Part shown: in pieces, positions 1 to 9,080 of the stretch
How the letters are laid out: every line of letters begins with the position of its first letter
Position numbering within the stretch: the first letter of the stretch is position 1
Source: an uncultured Pirellulaceae bacterium
GTDB lineage: Bacteria; Planctomycetota; Planctomycetia; Pirellulales; Pirellulaceae
Assembly (NCBI GenBank): GCA_964458685.1
Contig: CAYWNG010000002.1
Coordinates: 1 to 32,401 of the forward strand
DNA: 32,401 nt
Direction: 5' to 3'
Program-made: the position numbers and the translations under genes
Notes under the pieces: generated by a model
What the model saw: the letters and a program-made list of their open reading frames with translations, nothing else
What the model was told of the DNA's origin: nothing
Databases searched by the model: none

Positions 1-603
1 GATCCTATCTTCGTACCAAATGCACGCCCACAGTTCGTCGCCCACGAACTCCAGTTCGTTAAGCTTATCCTCTGGCTTACGGCCGAAGGTAACGCGAATC
101 TTGCGGACTTGTTTGAAGTTGGACGGATCGATGACTTGAATTACCGCCGATCCATCACTCATGTACAGGTACTTGCCATCGGTTGTCAGTCCCCACCCTT
201 CACCGGTGTAGCTGAACTGTCCGATTGCTTTGAGCGTTTCTTTGTCGTAGACGACGCAGACACGTTCCTTCCAAGTCAACTGATAGATGCGATCCTTGAT
301 GATCGCGATACCTTCACCGAAGTAGTTTTGATGCAGGCCGACTTGTTGAGATACTTTACCGCTGGTCAGATCGTATCTTTTGACGACGGATTGACCGTAC
401 CGTCCGGTGCCTTCGTAGACCGTATTCCCTTCGACTACTAAGCCTTGGCAAAAATCGTTGGGGTCGTGCGGGAACGTGGCTATGAGCTGCGCTTTGATCG
501 TCTTCGCCTCCTGTGCCTCTGCATCGTTATTGTGCCGGAAAGACACAAGCACAACGATCAATGCCAATACCGGAATCATCAGCCATAATGGTTTTCGAAA
601 CAT
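1..603 (-). CDS. Glutaminyl-peptide cyclotransferase (bacterial/plant-type beta-propeller glutaminyl cyclase), 3'-truncated by the window edge
   Basis: Not in the ORF track. My translation from the ATG at 603 is open to base 1: MFRKPLWLMIPVLALIVVLVSF...FPHDPNDFCQGL...YEGTGRYGQS...YFGEGI...YQLTWKE...YTGEGWGLTTDGKYLYMSDGS...LNELEFVGDELWACIWYEDRI. These are the family motifs (PHD..F.QGL, E.TG.YG.S, FGEG, QLTW, EGWGL, SDGS, LNELE), with an N-terminal hydrophobic segment. Confidence 0.92.
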   Translation of the reverse strand, partial: MFRKPLWLMIPVLALIVVLVSFRHNNDAEAQEAKTIKAQLIATFPHDPNDFCQGLVVEGNTVYEGTGRYGQSVVKRYDLTSGKVSQQVGLHQNYFGEGIAIIKDRIYQLTWKERVCVVYDKETLKAIGQFSYTGEGWGLTTDGKYLYMSDGSAVIQVIDPSNFKQVRKIRVTFGRKPEDKLNELEFVGDELWACIWYEDRI

Positions 604-770
604 GTTGTTTCCGTTAGTTGCTGATTGTGTTGGCAAGTCTTTAGTGGAAGAGTTTCGCATCGCATAAGGGAGTTCAAGTTGCCCGAGCTATCTTGGTTGA
701 TGCCGTTATTTTAAATCAAACTAACAACAACTTTGGTCTCATCCAAGGTCAATTTCCCTGGCTAAGCCAG

Positions 771-2240
771 TCAGGAACCTTCTTTGCCGCGAAGTCGCCC
801 CTTAAGTCCGTCCAGCAAACGGCCGGATCGTTTCGGAGTTTCTGATTGCTCACTTGGGTCTTCTGAATTGTCTGTTTGCTTCTTCGATTGAGCTTTCTCG
901 CGATGCCGTTGAACTAGGTCTTTGACAAGATCAACACCGACTTCGAGAGCTTGATCGGCATCGCCTTCCGCAACATCGCTGAGCGCGCCGACTAAACTCC
1001 CCTTCAGTGGTGCTTCGTTACCTAAAGCGCCTGAGATGATTGATAGTAGGCCTGCCGAGTCTTGGCGGAGCGTCTTCCAATCCAATTCGGGCTCGTCCAG
1101 GGTTCCGCGAATGGGCAAAGTGATGCTGGGTACACCCAACTGCTTGACCGATTGACGTTTGGCAACATGCTCGATTGGCACGGGAATTTCAAAGTCTAAA
1201 TTCAGCTCGCGATTGACCAATCCAACCGAGCCAGCCGTGGCGATCTGCAGTCGCTCGTCGACTCGTGGAAGTCCTGCTCGAACACCATCGTGTTTGATCA
1301 TTTGATTAGCTACTTCAACGTTGATTGCTGAACCATCAACGAAGACTAACTCGTGAGGCAGGTCGCGCTTAAACATCCGTCCGAGAATATCGATGGCTGA
1401 CAAGATGGTCGGATGTGTGGGCACGCTGCGAACTTGATGCAGCGTCAACTTTGCGCTGCCAACGGAGTCTTGCGGATGTTGGAGCGGAATGGTGATTCGC
1501 TGAGTCTCCAGTGAGATCTTTCCATCGAATTCTGTCGATTTGGCCAACAAGGGAACTGCTTTAGAAAGTCCCAGGTGCACGAGTTCTTGAGTAATGGCAA
1601 CTTGATCGAGCGCCTTCATGGGTTCGATCACCAACTGCGAATCGACATCAAGCGATTTGTAGGCCACCGTGGCGTCCAATGGTGGAATAACCATTACGGG
1701 TTGCCCAGACTGTTCGTCGGTGACTGTGACGTGCAGCCCGCGAACTACGATCGTGATATCCATTTGCGGTGGCGCCTTCTTGGAACTTGCCGTTTGTTTA
1801 GGCTTGGATTTACCTTCCACCGCGCGGACCAGACGGTCAAGATTGCTACCATCTTCCAAAAGCTGAATGTCGATGTTGGGTTCATGTATTTCGACAGTTC
1901 CCAAATTGCGCCCGCCCCACAAGAATCCAAGTAGACTTCGGTCCGAGCGAATCGCAGCGATCGAGAGTAGTGGCGCAGTCGGTGGACTGGCCTGAGCGGC
2001 TTCGGAAGTGTTGGAGTTGGCCGAGGTTGGTTTCAATTGGATCTGTTCAAACTCAAGCGGTCTCAACCAACCGATTTGAACGCGGCCTATCGTTAGCTCA
2101 AATCGCTCGTCAGCCAATCGATTGACCAGCGGTTGATAGACCCATTTGCTACCAAGTACTGTGGGCAGTGCAAAGACGACTAGAGTGCCGACCAACAAAC
2201 CGGCTAGCACGAGAATCTTGAGTCGTTGGGCGTGTTTCAT
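771..2240 (-). CDS. AsmA-like membrane-anchored hypothetical protein
   Basis: 489-aa ORF with an N-terminal TM anchor and a beta-rich body (GW..PL...I.L, EP.I.I...EDGSNL). The C-terminal G.VGL...L.L...P...PIRGTLDEP.LDW segment resembles AsmA-like C-termini. Confidence 0.55.
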   Translation of the reverse strand: MKHAQRLKILVLAGLLVGTLVVFALPTVLGSKWVYQPLVNRLADERFELTIGRVQIGWLRPLEFEQIQLKPTSANSNTSEAAQASPPTAPLLSIAAIRSDRSLLGFLWGGRNLGTVEIHEPNIDIQLLEDGSNLDRLVRAVEGKSKPKQTASSKKAPPQMDITIVVRGLHVTVTDEQSGQPVMVIPPLDATVAYKSLDVDSQLVIEPMKALDQVAITQELVHLGLSKAVPLLAKSTEFDGKISLETQRITIPLQHPQDSVGSAKLTLHQVRSVPTHPTILSAIDILGRMFKRDLPHELVFVDGSAINVEVANQMIKHDGVRAGLPRVDERLQIATAGSVGLVNRELNLDFEIPVPIEHVAKRQSVKQLGVPSITLPIRGTLDEPELDWKTLRQDSAGLLSIISGALGNEAPLKGSLVGALSDVAEGDADQALEVGVDLVKDLVQRHREKAQSKKQTDNSEDPSEQSETPKRSGRLLDGLKGRLRGKEGS

Positions 2241-2781
2241 AGCGTGAATCGCGGAAAAGTTTGATGTCGTCGAGAATCAGGAAGCCTTGGAGTGCGAACT
2301 CACAACAGTATATCCGAAACGACCGGAAAACTGCACTCAACAGGTTTCACCAATGGCCTTCCATCGCGACGAAGGCCGTGCTTGCATTCTGACTTGCGAT
2401 AAATTGTTGTGAAAATCGAAAAGCAAATCCCATTTGAGTCTGCCAATGGGATAAAATAAGACACATAGCGACGTCGCACGAACGGTTCTTATTCGCCAAG
2501 CTGACCCTGTTTGCATCGCAAGAAGCAACGCCAGCGACTCTTACTCGAACTATTCGCCCTCTAACTTTTGGGCGCCGCCTAAGCAAACGAATTCTGTTTG
2601 CACTGCTCTGGGGCAATAATCCCTTTCCTGGACTGGATGTTCAGTTTTTCGCTCTTCGGTCGACTCGATACCTCGAGTCGCGTGTGGTTCGTTTCGCGTT
2701 CTCAACGTACGTGTTCGAACTAACTCTCGTTCAATCAACTCAATCGCTTCATTGCGACAGCTCAACACAAGGCATCCTTCC

Positions 2782-3030
2782 ATGGCATTCGGCAGTCCCA
2801 TTCCCGACAAGACAGTTTTGCGCAGCGTGACTCAAGCTCTTACCACTAAGAGTGCAGGGTCTGGCGCAAAGATCACCGCTGTAGTCAGCTCTGGCACAGT
2901 AACGCTCTCCGGCATGTTAGTTCAAGAAGCACAGCGACGTATGATCCTCAGTGCGATGGGCGTGATCAGTGGAGTCAAACGTGTTATCGATACGATGACA
3001 GTCGCTCCACCCAAGAAGCGAGAGTTCTGA
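2782..3030 (+). CDS. Single BON-domain protein
   Basis: PDKTVLRSVTQAL...ITAVVSSGTVTLSG...ISGVKRVIDTMTV matches the BON pattern. ATG 2782 preferred over the TTG at 2752. Confidence 0.8.
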   Translation: MAFGSPIPDKTVLRSVTQALTTKSAGSGAKITAVVSSGTVTLSGMLVQEAQRRMILSAMGVISGVKRVIDTMTVAPPKKREF

Positions 3031-3036
3031 TTCAGC

Positions 3037-3066
3037 GTAGGGTGGAGTTGAGGCACGAAACCCACC
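3037..3066 (+). repeat. GTAG-type REP-like palindrome
   Basis: GTAG-GGTGG-AGTTGAGGCACGAAAC-CCACC: a GTAG tetranucleotide followed by an imperfect hairpin, between the convergent BON and eboE genes. Confidence 0.6.
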
Positions 3067-3080
3067 AGATAAAATCGCGA

Positions 3081-3102
3081 GTGACGAACGAGAGTTCGTT
3101 AC
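3081..3102. terminator. Hairpin between convergent genes (possible terminator)
   Basis: GTGACGAAC-GAGA-GTTCGTTAC: 9-bp stem with one G:U pair and a GNRA loop; no clear U-tract. Confidence 0.35.
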
Positions 3103-3140
3103 AGTGATGTTGTAACAGTGCGGTGTTTGTTACGGATGGC

Positions 3141-4358
3141 TTACTTTAACGATTCAAGAACAGTTTCAAAGTAAGCCAGCTCCTTAGCGATTCCTTGAGC
3201 TAAATCGGCTTCAGCCAACTCCGCAGGAAGAACGGGCCATGCGTAAGTTTCGACTTCGTAGTGACCTGTGAACCAATCTCTATCGGCAATCGACTTGGAC
3301 TTGTGTTCCTCCAAGTAGCGGCATGCTTGTAGGATATCGCTTTGAGTTGTGCTCAGTTGTCCGAATTGCTTAACAAAGATCGGAACATGGAAATGGACTC
3401 GCCAAGGACGAACTGGAAGAGTGCCGTTCGCCCATTGTTTCAACGCTAGATGCAGATCTTCGCTCAAGCTTTCGAGCTTACCTTGTGGGTTACAACGAGT
3501 TGTTTGATGAAGATACTTGGGCTCGCTAAAGGTGTTGACCTGTTGAAGCATCGCTTGCTGAGCCGTTGGATCATCCTTGACCTGATCCCAGGGTACGTGA
3601 ACTGCTGACGAAACTTGCACCTTGCCCACGCGTATGCCAGCGTTGAGGTATTTCTCAAGAGCTTCTTGTTGAGGCTCGAACATAACGCCACTGTGGCAAA
3701 TGTCGTGACAGACAGTTAGATAGCGACGCGCCAGCTCAGCATCGGGGCCTCGAAACAGATAGTGCTCGAAGAACTCAACCACGTCATCCGCCGTGTCTAA
3801 AACGCAGCCCGGTTCGGGTTCGATCGCGACCACGATTTCACAACCTCGCTGTTGCTTGAGGCGTTCGAGGTAGTGAGCCAACTCATGAAGTTGGTCTGCC
3901 GCCGTACTAAAGTTCTCTGCGTGCCATGGTGCATGCGGCCAACCCAATGGCAAAGTTGATATCGAGCCAGAGCTACCTTCTGGCAAAATGGCTTCCATGA
4001 TCTGCGCGAGACTCTTGGTATATCCCGCTCGCGAACTGCATGTCCACGTCGGCTCGTAAACGGCGTGCTTGACAACGCTCTGGTGAAAATCACCTTGAGG
4101 GAAACCGTTGAAGGTATAAGGGATCAGCTTTCGCTGAGCTAACCATTCGCGAAGCTCACTTGTCCGACTGTTGGTGAGCAATGTGTTGGCTGCGGCTTCG
4201 GAAAACCACAGGCCGACGGGCAGCGTTCCCTCTCCAGCGACAATTTTGCGAACCGGCTCTGCGTAGGTTTCAAGATTCGCTAAAGCGGATTGCAAATCCT
4301 TGCCTGAGTGAACATTGGTGCAATAGCCAAACGATAGATCGCGTGCGGCGGATGACAC
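3141..4358 (-). CDS. eboE: EboE family TIM-barrel (xylose isomerase-like) metabolite traffic protein
   Basis: Motifs YCTNVH, GLW, TFNGFPQGDFH..VVK..VYEP.W, SISTLP, EPEPGC, CHDICH..V.FE, GKVQVSSA, EPKYLHQ, WRVHFHVP, EVETY.W. Confidence 0.88.
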   Translation of the reverse strand: MSSAARDLSFGYCTNVHSGKDLQSALANLETYAEPVRKIVAGEGTLPVGLWFSEAAANTLLTNSRTSELREWLAQRKLIPYTFNGFPQGDFHQSVVKHAVYEPTWTCSSRAGYTKSLAQIMEAILPEGSSGSISTLPLGWPHAPWHAENFSTAADQLHELAHYLERLKQQRGCEIVVAIEPEPGCVLDTADDVVEFFEHYLFRGPDAELARRYLTVCHDICHSGVMFEPQQEALEKYLNAGIRVGKVQVSSAVHVPWDQVKDDPTAQQAMLQQVNTFSEPKYLHQTTRCNPQGKLESLSEDLHLALKQWANGTLPVRPWRVHFHVPIFVKQFGQLSTTQSDILQACRYLEEHKSKSIADRDWFTGHYEVETYAWPVLPAELAEADLAQGIAKELAYFETVLESLK

Positions 4359-4771
4359 TCAGGACTCCTGAAGTTTGAGTAATTTGCACTCGAAAAAGCA
4401 ACGTTAAGAATCGTACATCGCCAAAGTTTTTTAGGCGGCTCTGGCAAGCTGCTCGAACGGTATACCGTCGACTCTCTGGGAGCTATGAGGTCTGGGCGTT
4501 GGTCAGTTACTGAGCCAATACCCACCGAGCTAAGGAAAAACGGGACCCGCAGCCACACTCCAGCTCGTCATCACAAGCTCACAACCACTGCAATCGTCAG
4601 GATTGTTTCGAGGCGGCTTGGGGGGCGACTTCATTGTAGGGAGTCCGCCGACCAACTGCAAATTGGAAAAAGGTCAATTACAATGGACCGGTTCATCCCA
4701 CAGCATTCCAACCGTACTCTGTCGCCGGTGAATGCAATCTCAAGATCGCCCTCAGTTTTTATCTTACCTTC

Positions 4772-7438
4772 GTGAGTCTCAATTCAATGCGATACAAAAC
4801 TTCCCGCTGCTATCGATGGGCAACGCTCGGTCTTAGTTTGATCTTGGCATGTTCGATGGTTATGAGCGCTTCAGCTCAATCCATCACCAACAGTAAGTAT
4901 CCCCAAGAAGACAAGTTCCGACAAATGGACGAAGTCTGGCCAACCCCCAACGGATATCGAACCGGTGCTGGTGAGCCAGGCCACGAATACTGGCAACAGC
5001 GAGCGGACTACGTAATCGACATCAAGCTGGACGACGCCAAGCAGCATTTGACTGGCTCGGAAAAGATCACCTATCACAACCGATCGCCTCACACGCTCCG
5101 TTACCTTTGGTTGCATTTGGATGGGAACATCTTTGATCCTGAGTCCGACTACAACAAGCTTCGAACAGGTTTTGCGCCACAAGGTCGATTATCGACGGAT
5201 CAGATCAAGCGCATGAAGCTTCGCGAAGCCTTTGATGGCGGCTTTAAAGTAACGCGAGTGGCTGATAGCGCCGGTAAGTCATTGGCTCACACTATCGTCA
5301 AGACTGTCATGCGAGTTGATCTACCAGAGCCTCTGCTGCCTGGCGAAGACTACATCTTCAGCATTGATTGGAACTACCAAGTCAACAACTCGGCTATCGC
5401 TTCCATGCGCACGGGTGCCGAGCACTTCGAGAAGGACGACAACTACATCTATGAAATAGCGCAGTGGTTTCCTCGAATGGTTGCCTACACCGATGCAAAG
5501 GGCTGGCAGCATCGCCACTACATTGGTCAAGGCGAGTTCACGCTTGAACTTGGCGACTATATGGTTCGCATCACCGTTCCCGAAGATCATATCGTTGCTG
5601 CAACCGGCGTTCTCCAAAACCCGGAAGATGTCTTAACAGCAATTCAACGAGACAGATTACAGACTGCTGCTACTGCCGCAAAGCCCGTGTTTATCGTAAC
5701 ACCTGAAGAGGCTGCTGAAGCGGAAAAGGTTAAGAAGACTGGAACGAAGACTTGGGCTTTCCACGCTCAGAATGTTCGCGATTTTGCTTGGGCCAGCAGC
5801 CGCAAGTTCATTTGGGACGCTCAGGGACACAACGTCGACGGCAACCACACGATGGCCATGTCCTACTATCCCAACGAAGGTGAGCCGCTGTGGAGCAAGT
5901 ACTCAACGCACTCGATTATTCACACTCTCAACGTCTACAGTCGCTATACCTTTGCGTATCCTTATCCCGTTGCAATTAGCGTTAACGGTCCAGTCGGCGG
6001 CATGGAATATCCCATGATCTGCTTTAACGGACCACGACCACAGCGCGACGGAACCTATTCGGATCGAACAAAATATGGGTTGATCACGGTTGTGATTCAC
6101 GAAGTGGGCCACAACTACTTTCCGATGATCGTCAACAGCGACGAGCGCGAGTGGTCTTGGATGGACGAAGGACTCAATACCTTCCTCCAGTATCTCGCCG
6201 AGCAAGAGTGGGAGGATAATTATCCGTCCCAACGTGGTGAGCCAGCCAAGATCGCTGACTATATGCGCAGCAATAACCAAGTGCCGATCATGACCAACAG
6301 CGAGTCGGTACTGCAATTCGGAAACAACGCCTACGCCAAGCCAGCTACGGCGTTGAACATTCTTCGCGAGACAATTCTTGGTCGCGAGCTATTTGACTTC
6401 GCGTTCAAAGAGTACGCACGACGTTGGAAGTTCAAGCGTCCAATGCCAGCAGACTTTTTCCGAACGATGGAAGATGCTTCTGGAGTCGATCTCGATTGGT
6501 TCTGGCAAGGTTGGTTCTACACCACCGACCACTGCGATATCTCCATCGATAAGGTCTCGTGGTACGAAGCCAACAACGGGGATCCCGATGCTGAGGCAGC
6601 GCGACGAGCTGAGCAGAAGGCTAAGCAGTTGCCGACAAAATCAGAATCGGGCAATAAGGATCTTCCTAAGCGAGCGAATGAGTATCCTGAGCTGAAGGAC
6701 TTCTACAACTCTTACGATCCAACTGCTGTTACTCCCGAGGCTCGCGAAGAGTTTAAACGAGCGATGGAGAAGTTGACGCCGGAAGAGAAGGCGATGATCG
6801 AACAGCCAATGCACTACTATCAATTGGCGTTCAAGAATCTTGGTGGTCTCGTCATGCCCATTATCGTTCGCATGAACTACGAAGATGGTACGCATAAGAT
6901 TTTGCGTCTGCCGGTCGATATCTGGTCGAAGGATAACAAGGATGCGAGCACCATGGTGATTTCTGAAAAGCCCGTGGTCTCGTTTGAGCTAGACCCGCTT
7001 CGCGAAACGGCAGATGCCAATCGCGATAACAACTACTTCCCACCTCGTTTGGAACCAACTCGCTTCCAGATCTACAAGGCTGGCCGTGGGGAATCTCCAA
7101 TGAGTGGTCGAGGCGGAGGACGAGGTGTTCCACGCGGACCTGCTCCGACTACGGGTGGTCAAGGTGGTGCCGCAGCGGCTGCAGCGGCCGCCGCTGCTCA
7201 ACGAATGGCTGAAGCTGGTGGCGATCCAGAAGCCCTTCTAGACAACCCGATGCGGGCTGCTCGCCGTCGTGAAGAAGCTGAACGAGCCAAACAGCAAAAT
7301 CAGGGCGAGCCCAAGAAGGCTGATGAAGAAAAGAAAGAGTCTGAGAAAAAGCCTGATGCAGTTCCGGCCCCGGCGGGTGACAAGCCAGCCGATCCACCAG
7401 CACCAGCACCAGCACCAGCATCTTCCCCTGGCAAGTAG
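4772..7438 (+). CDS. Secreted M1 family Zn-aminopeptidase with a low-complexity C-terminal tail
   Basis: Signal peptide (..SASA|Q), GGMEYP exopeptidase motif, HEVGH-x18-E (WMDEG) Zn site and NNAY.K catalytic Tyr region. The start may be the ATG at 4787. Confidence 0.92.
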   Translation: MSLNSMRYKTSRCYRWATLGLSLILACSMVMSASAQSITNSKYPQEDKFRQMDEVWPTPNGYRTGAGEPGHEYWQQRADYVIDIKLDDAKQHLTGSEKITYHNRSPHTLRYLWLHLDGNIFDPESDYNKLRTGFAPQGRLSTDQIKRMKLREAFDGGFKVTRVADSAGKSLAHTIVKTVMRVDLPEPLLPGEDYIFSIDWNYQVNNSAIASMRTGAEHFEKDDNYIYEIAQWFPRMVAYTDAKGWQHRHYIGQGEFTLELGDYMVRITVPEDHIVAATGVLQNPEDVLTAIQRDRLQTAATAAKPVFIVTPEEAAEAEKVKKTGTKTWAFHAQNVRDFAWASSRKFIWDAQGHNVDGNHTMAMSYYPNEGEPLWSKYSTHSIIHTLNVYSRYTFAYPYPVAISVNGPVGGMEYPMICFNGPRPQRDGTYSDRTKYGLITVVIHEVGHNYFPMIVNSDEREWSWMDEGLNTFLQYLAEQEWEDNYPSQRGEPAKIADYMRSNNQVPIMTNSESVLQFGNNAYAKPATALNILRETILGRELFDFAFKEYARRWKFKRPMPADFFRTMEDASGVDLDWFWQGWFYTTDHCDISIDKVSWYEANNGDPDAEAARRAEQKAKQLPTKSESGNKDLPKRANEYPELKDFYNSYDPTAVTPEAREEFKRAMEKLTPEEKAMIEQPMHYYQLAFKNLGGLVMPIIVRMNYEDGTHKILRLPVDIWSKDNKDASTMVISEKPVVSFELDPLRETADANRDNNYFPPRLEPTRFQIYKAGRGESPMSGRGGGRGVPRGPAPTTGGQGGAAAAAAAAAAQRMAEAGGDPEALLDNPMRAARRREEAERAKQQNQGEPKKADEEKKESEKKPDAVPAPAGDKPADPPAPAPAPASSPGK

Positions 7439-7495
7439 TCGGTTCCCAATTTCCTATGTTTGATTAACTCCCAGCGATCCATTGTTGAGTATTCC

Positions 7496-8062
7496 ATGTT
7501 TTTGACCAAGACGCTTCTCTTGCTCACCTGCATCTGTGCGACTCTCGCAAGCAGCTTGTTTGCGCATCCGTTTCACACAAGCGTGGCCGAAGTTGACTGG
7601 AATAAAGAGACTGGACGTTGGGAGATCAGCCTTCGCGTGCATGCCGGAGATATGGAACTGGCACTCACCAAACAGCATGGACGAAAAATCAATATTGAGA
7701 GTGCCGAAGCCGAGAAGCTTGTTCAGGCATACTTGGCCACGCGCTTTCAGTTCTTGCCTCAAGCTGAAGCCGAGAAGCTCAAGGCCGCTGCAAGCTCTGT
7801 AATCGTCAAGACAGAAGCTGAAACCAAAGAAGCTGCGAAAGCTGATGAGCAATTTCGTTGGCTTGGGCAGGAGTTTGAAGGCAATTGGATGTGGCTTTAC
7901 TTTGAACTTGCTCCCACAGAGAGCAAGGAACAAACTGTTCTCTTCAGTCAATTGCTCACCGAGATCAATGACGATCAGATCAACATCGTTTCTGTTCGTC
8001 ACACGGGCAAACGAGTGACTCGTCAAACCAATCGTAATCAGATGTGGATCGAGATTCAGTAA
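7496..8062 (+). CDS. Secreted DUF6702-like protein (usual partner of this M1 peptidase subtype)
   Basis: Signal peptide followed by HPFHTSVAEV.WN, then ..D.E.AL, W.Y.E and L.E...DQ.N.V; directly downstream of the M1 gene. ATG 7496 preferred over TTG 7460. Confidence 0.7.
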   Translation: MFLTKTLLLLTCICATLASSLFAHPFHTSVAEVDWNKETGRWEISLRVHAGDMELALTKQHGRKINIESAEAEKLVQAYLATRFQFLPQAEAEKLKAAASSVIVKTEAETKEAAKADEQFRWLGQEFEGNWMWLYFELAPTESKEQTVLFSQLLTEINDDQINIVSVRHTGKRVTRQTNRNQMWIEIQ

Positions 8063-8091
8063 CGCTGTGAAGCTGAAACGCATTGGATTTA

Positions 8092-8177
8092 AGGCCGAAG
8101 ACCTGACACAGCCTCTGCCGGTGTCGAAGGCACCGGAACATGAGAATTTCGAGTTTCAGGCCCGAAAGGTCGATCAC
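8092..8177. repeat. Degenerate REP/MITE-like element
   Basis: Imperfect direct repeats AGGCCGAAGACCTGACAC (8092) and AGGCCCGAAAGGTCGATCAC (8158) flank the hairpin CCGGTGTC-GAA-GGCACCGG (8118-8136), between convergent genes. Confidence 0.5.
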
Positions 8178-8254
8178 TAGGCTCGCTGCCCTCGCCTCTC
8201 TGAGCATGCCACACTGATACCTATGCGGCCGGTGGCTTCTGTAGGCGACTCTGT

Positions 8255-8812
8255 TCATCCGAGCACTGAATCAATGGACAATTCGATCTCAGGAAAGGCC
8301 GAGAGCCGAATCGATTGGCCTTGATTGTAGTCTTGGCGGAGTAAGTAACTGCCAGTCGTTTGAGGTTCCCGATAAACTTCCAGCACTGCGGCTTCTAAGT
8401 TGACAATCCAAGCCTCATGGATACCAGATTGGGCGTAAAGGGGCAGCTTAATTTGTCGATCGTACTCCAGCGAACTTTCGGATACTTCGATCACCAAATG
8501 AACATCTGCGGCTTTGGGCTTCGAAGTGGCGTAGAAATCGTTGCGTTGAACGAGCAAGGCTAGGTCAGGCTCTGGTTGACTGTCCGCTAGAACGATAGGA
8601 TTCTGCACACTCACGATGGCCGCCGCGCCGATTCTATTGACCAGCAAGTCGGTTAATCGATTGACGCATGCGATGTGCAATGGGCCAATGACCGACTTCT
8701 CAACGATCTCCCCACGAATCAGTTCAACTCGCTCGTTCTCTGTCAGAATCCCTTGCACGATCATCTGTTCATACTCGTCAACCGTAAAGCGATGATGAGT
8801 AACAGAAACCAT
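8255..8812 (-). CDS. Uma2 family (PD-(D/E)XK) putative restriction endonuclease
   Basis: RFTVDEYEQM...G.L.E.ERVELI.GEI, H...V, SQPEPD, LVIEVS.SSL.YDR..K..LYA.SGI.E.WIVN. Confidence 0.92.
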   Translation of the reverse strand: MVSVTHHRFTVDEYEQMIVQGILTENERVELIRGEIVEKSVIGPLHIACVNRLTDLLVNRIGAAAIVSVQNPIVLADSQPEPDLALLVQRNDFYATSKPKAADVHLVIEVSESSLEYDRQIKLPLYAQSGIHEAWIVNLEAAVLEVYREPQTTGSYLLRQDYNQGQSIRLSAFPEIELSIDSVLG

Positions 8813-9008
8813 CTTGGGATGCTCTCAATCTCTAGTGATGTTGGACTACGGTCTGGAAATAACAGACTTCCGCTACAGGATAATCGCAAAATCCTTTAGC
8901 TGGCAAGAAGTTGGGGTATCGACGAACTGCGTTTTTTCAATGCCTCCAATCCGAATACTAGTCGTCGACCTCGCAACACGCCAAGATACAGATTCTCACT
9001 GTGCCAAT

Positions 9009-9042
9009 AAAAAAAGAGCTGAATCATTACGATTCAGCTCTT
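9009..9042 (-). terminator. Rho-independent terminator of the minus-strand DUF1559/lipoprotein operon
   Basis: Perfect 12-bp stem AAGAGCTGAATC-ATTAC-GATTCAGCTCTT (9014-9042). The A-run at 9009-9015 reads as a U-tract on the minus strand. Confidence 0.85.
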
Positions 9043-9080
9043 ATTCTGTTGTCGTTAGCAAAACTGACTATTGGATTTTG

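Noticed and set aside
109-667. Plus-strand ORFs 109-441 and 458-667
   Set aside because: Antisense shadows of the minus-strand glutaminyl cyclase gene.
700-740. A/T-rich TTAAATCAAACTAACAACAAC as a Pho box
   Set aside because: Poor match to the consensus and not in convincing 11-bp phase; more likely an A/T-rich promoter element.
2149-2810. Short minus-strand ORFs in the AsmA/BON spacer
   Set aside because: Mutually overlapping, with no protein-like features or clear RBS.
4359-4771. ORFs or a riboswitch in the eboE/M1 spacer
   Set aside because: No recognisable RNA motif or credible protein; treated as a divergent promoter region.
7454-8083. 209-aa minus-strand ORF
   Set aside because: Antisense to the DUF6702-like gene, which has a signal peptide and operon context.
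8255-8812. Uma2 gene as a defence system
   Set aside because: Solitary, with no methylase or partner; Uma2 paralogues are common and scattered in planctomycetes.
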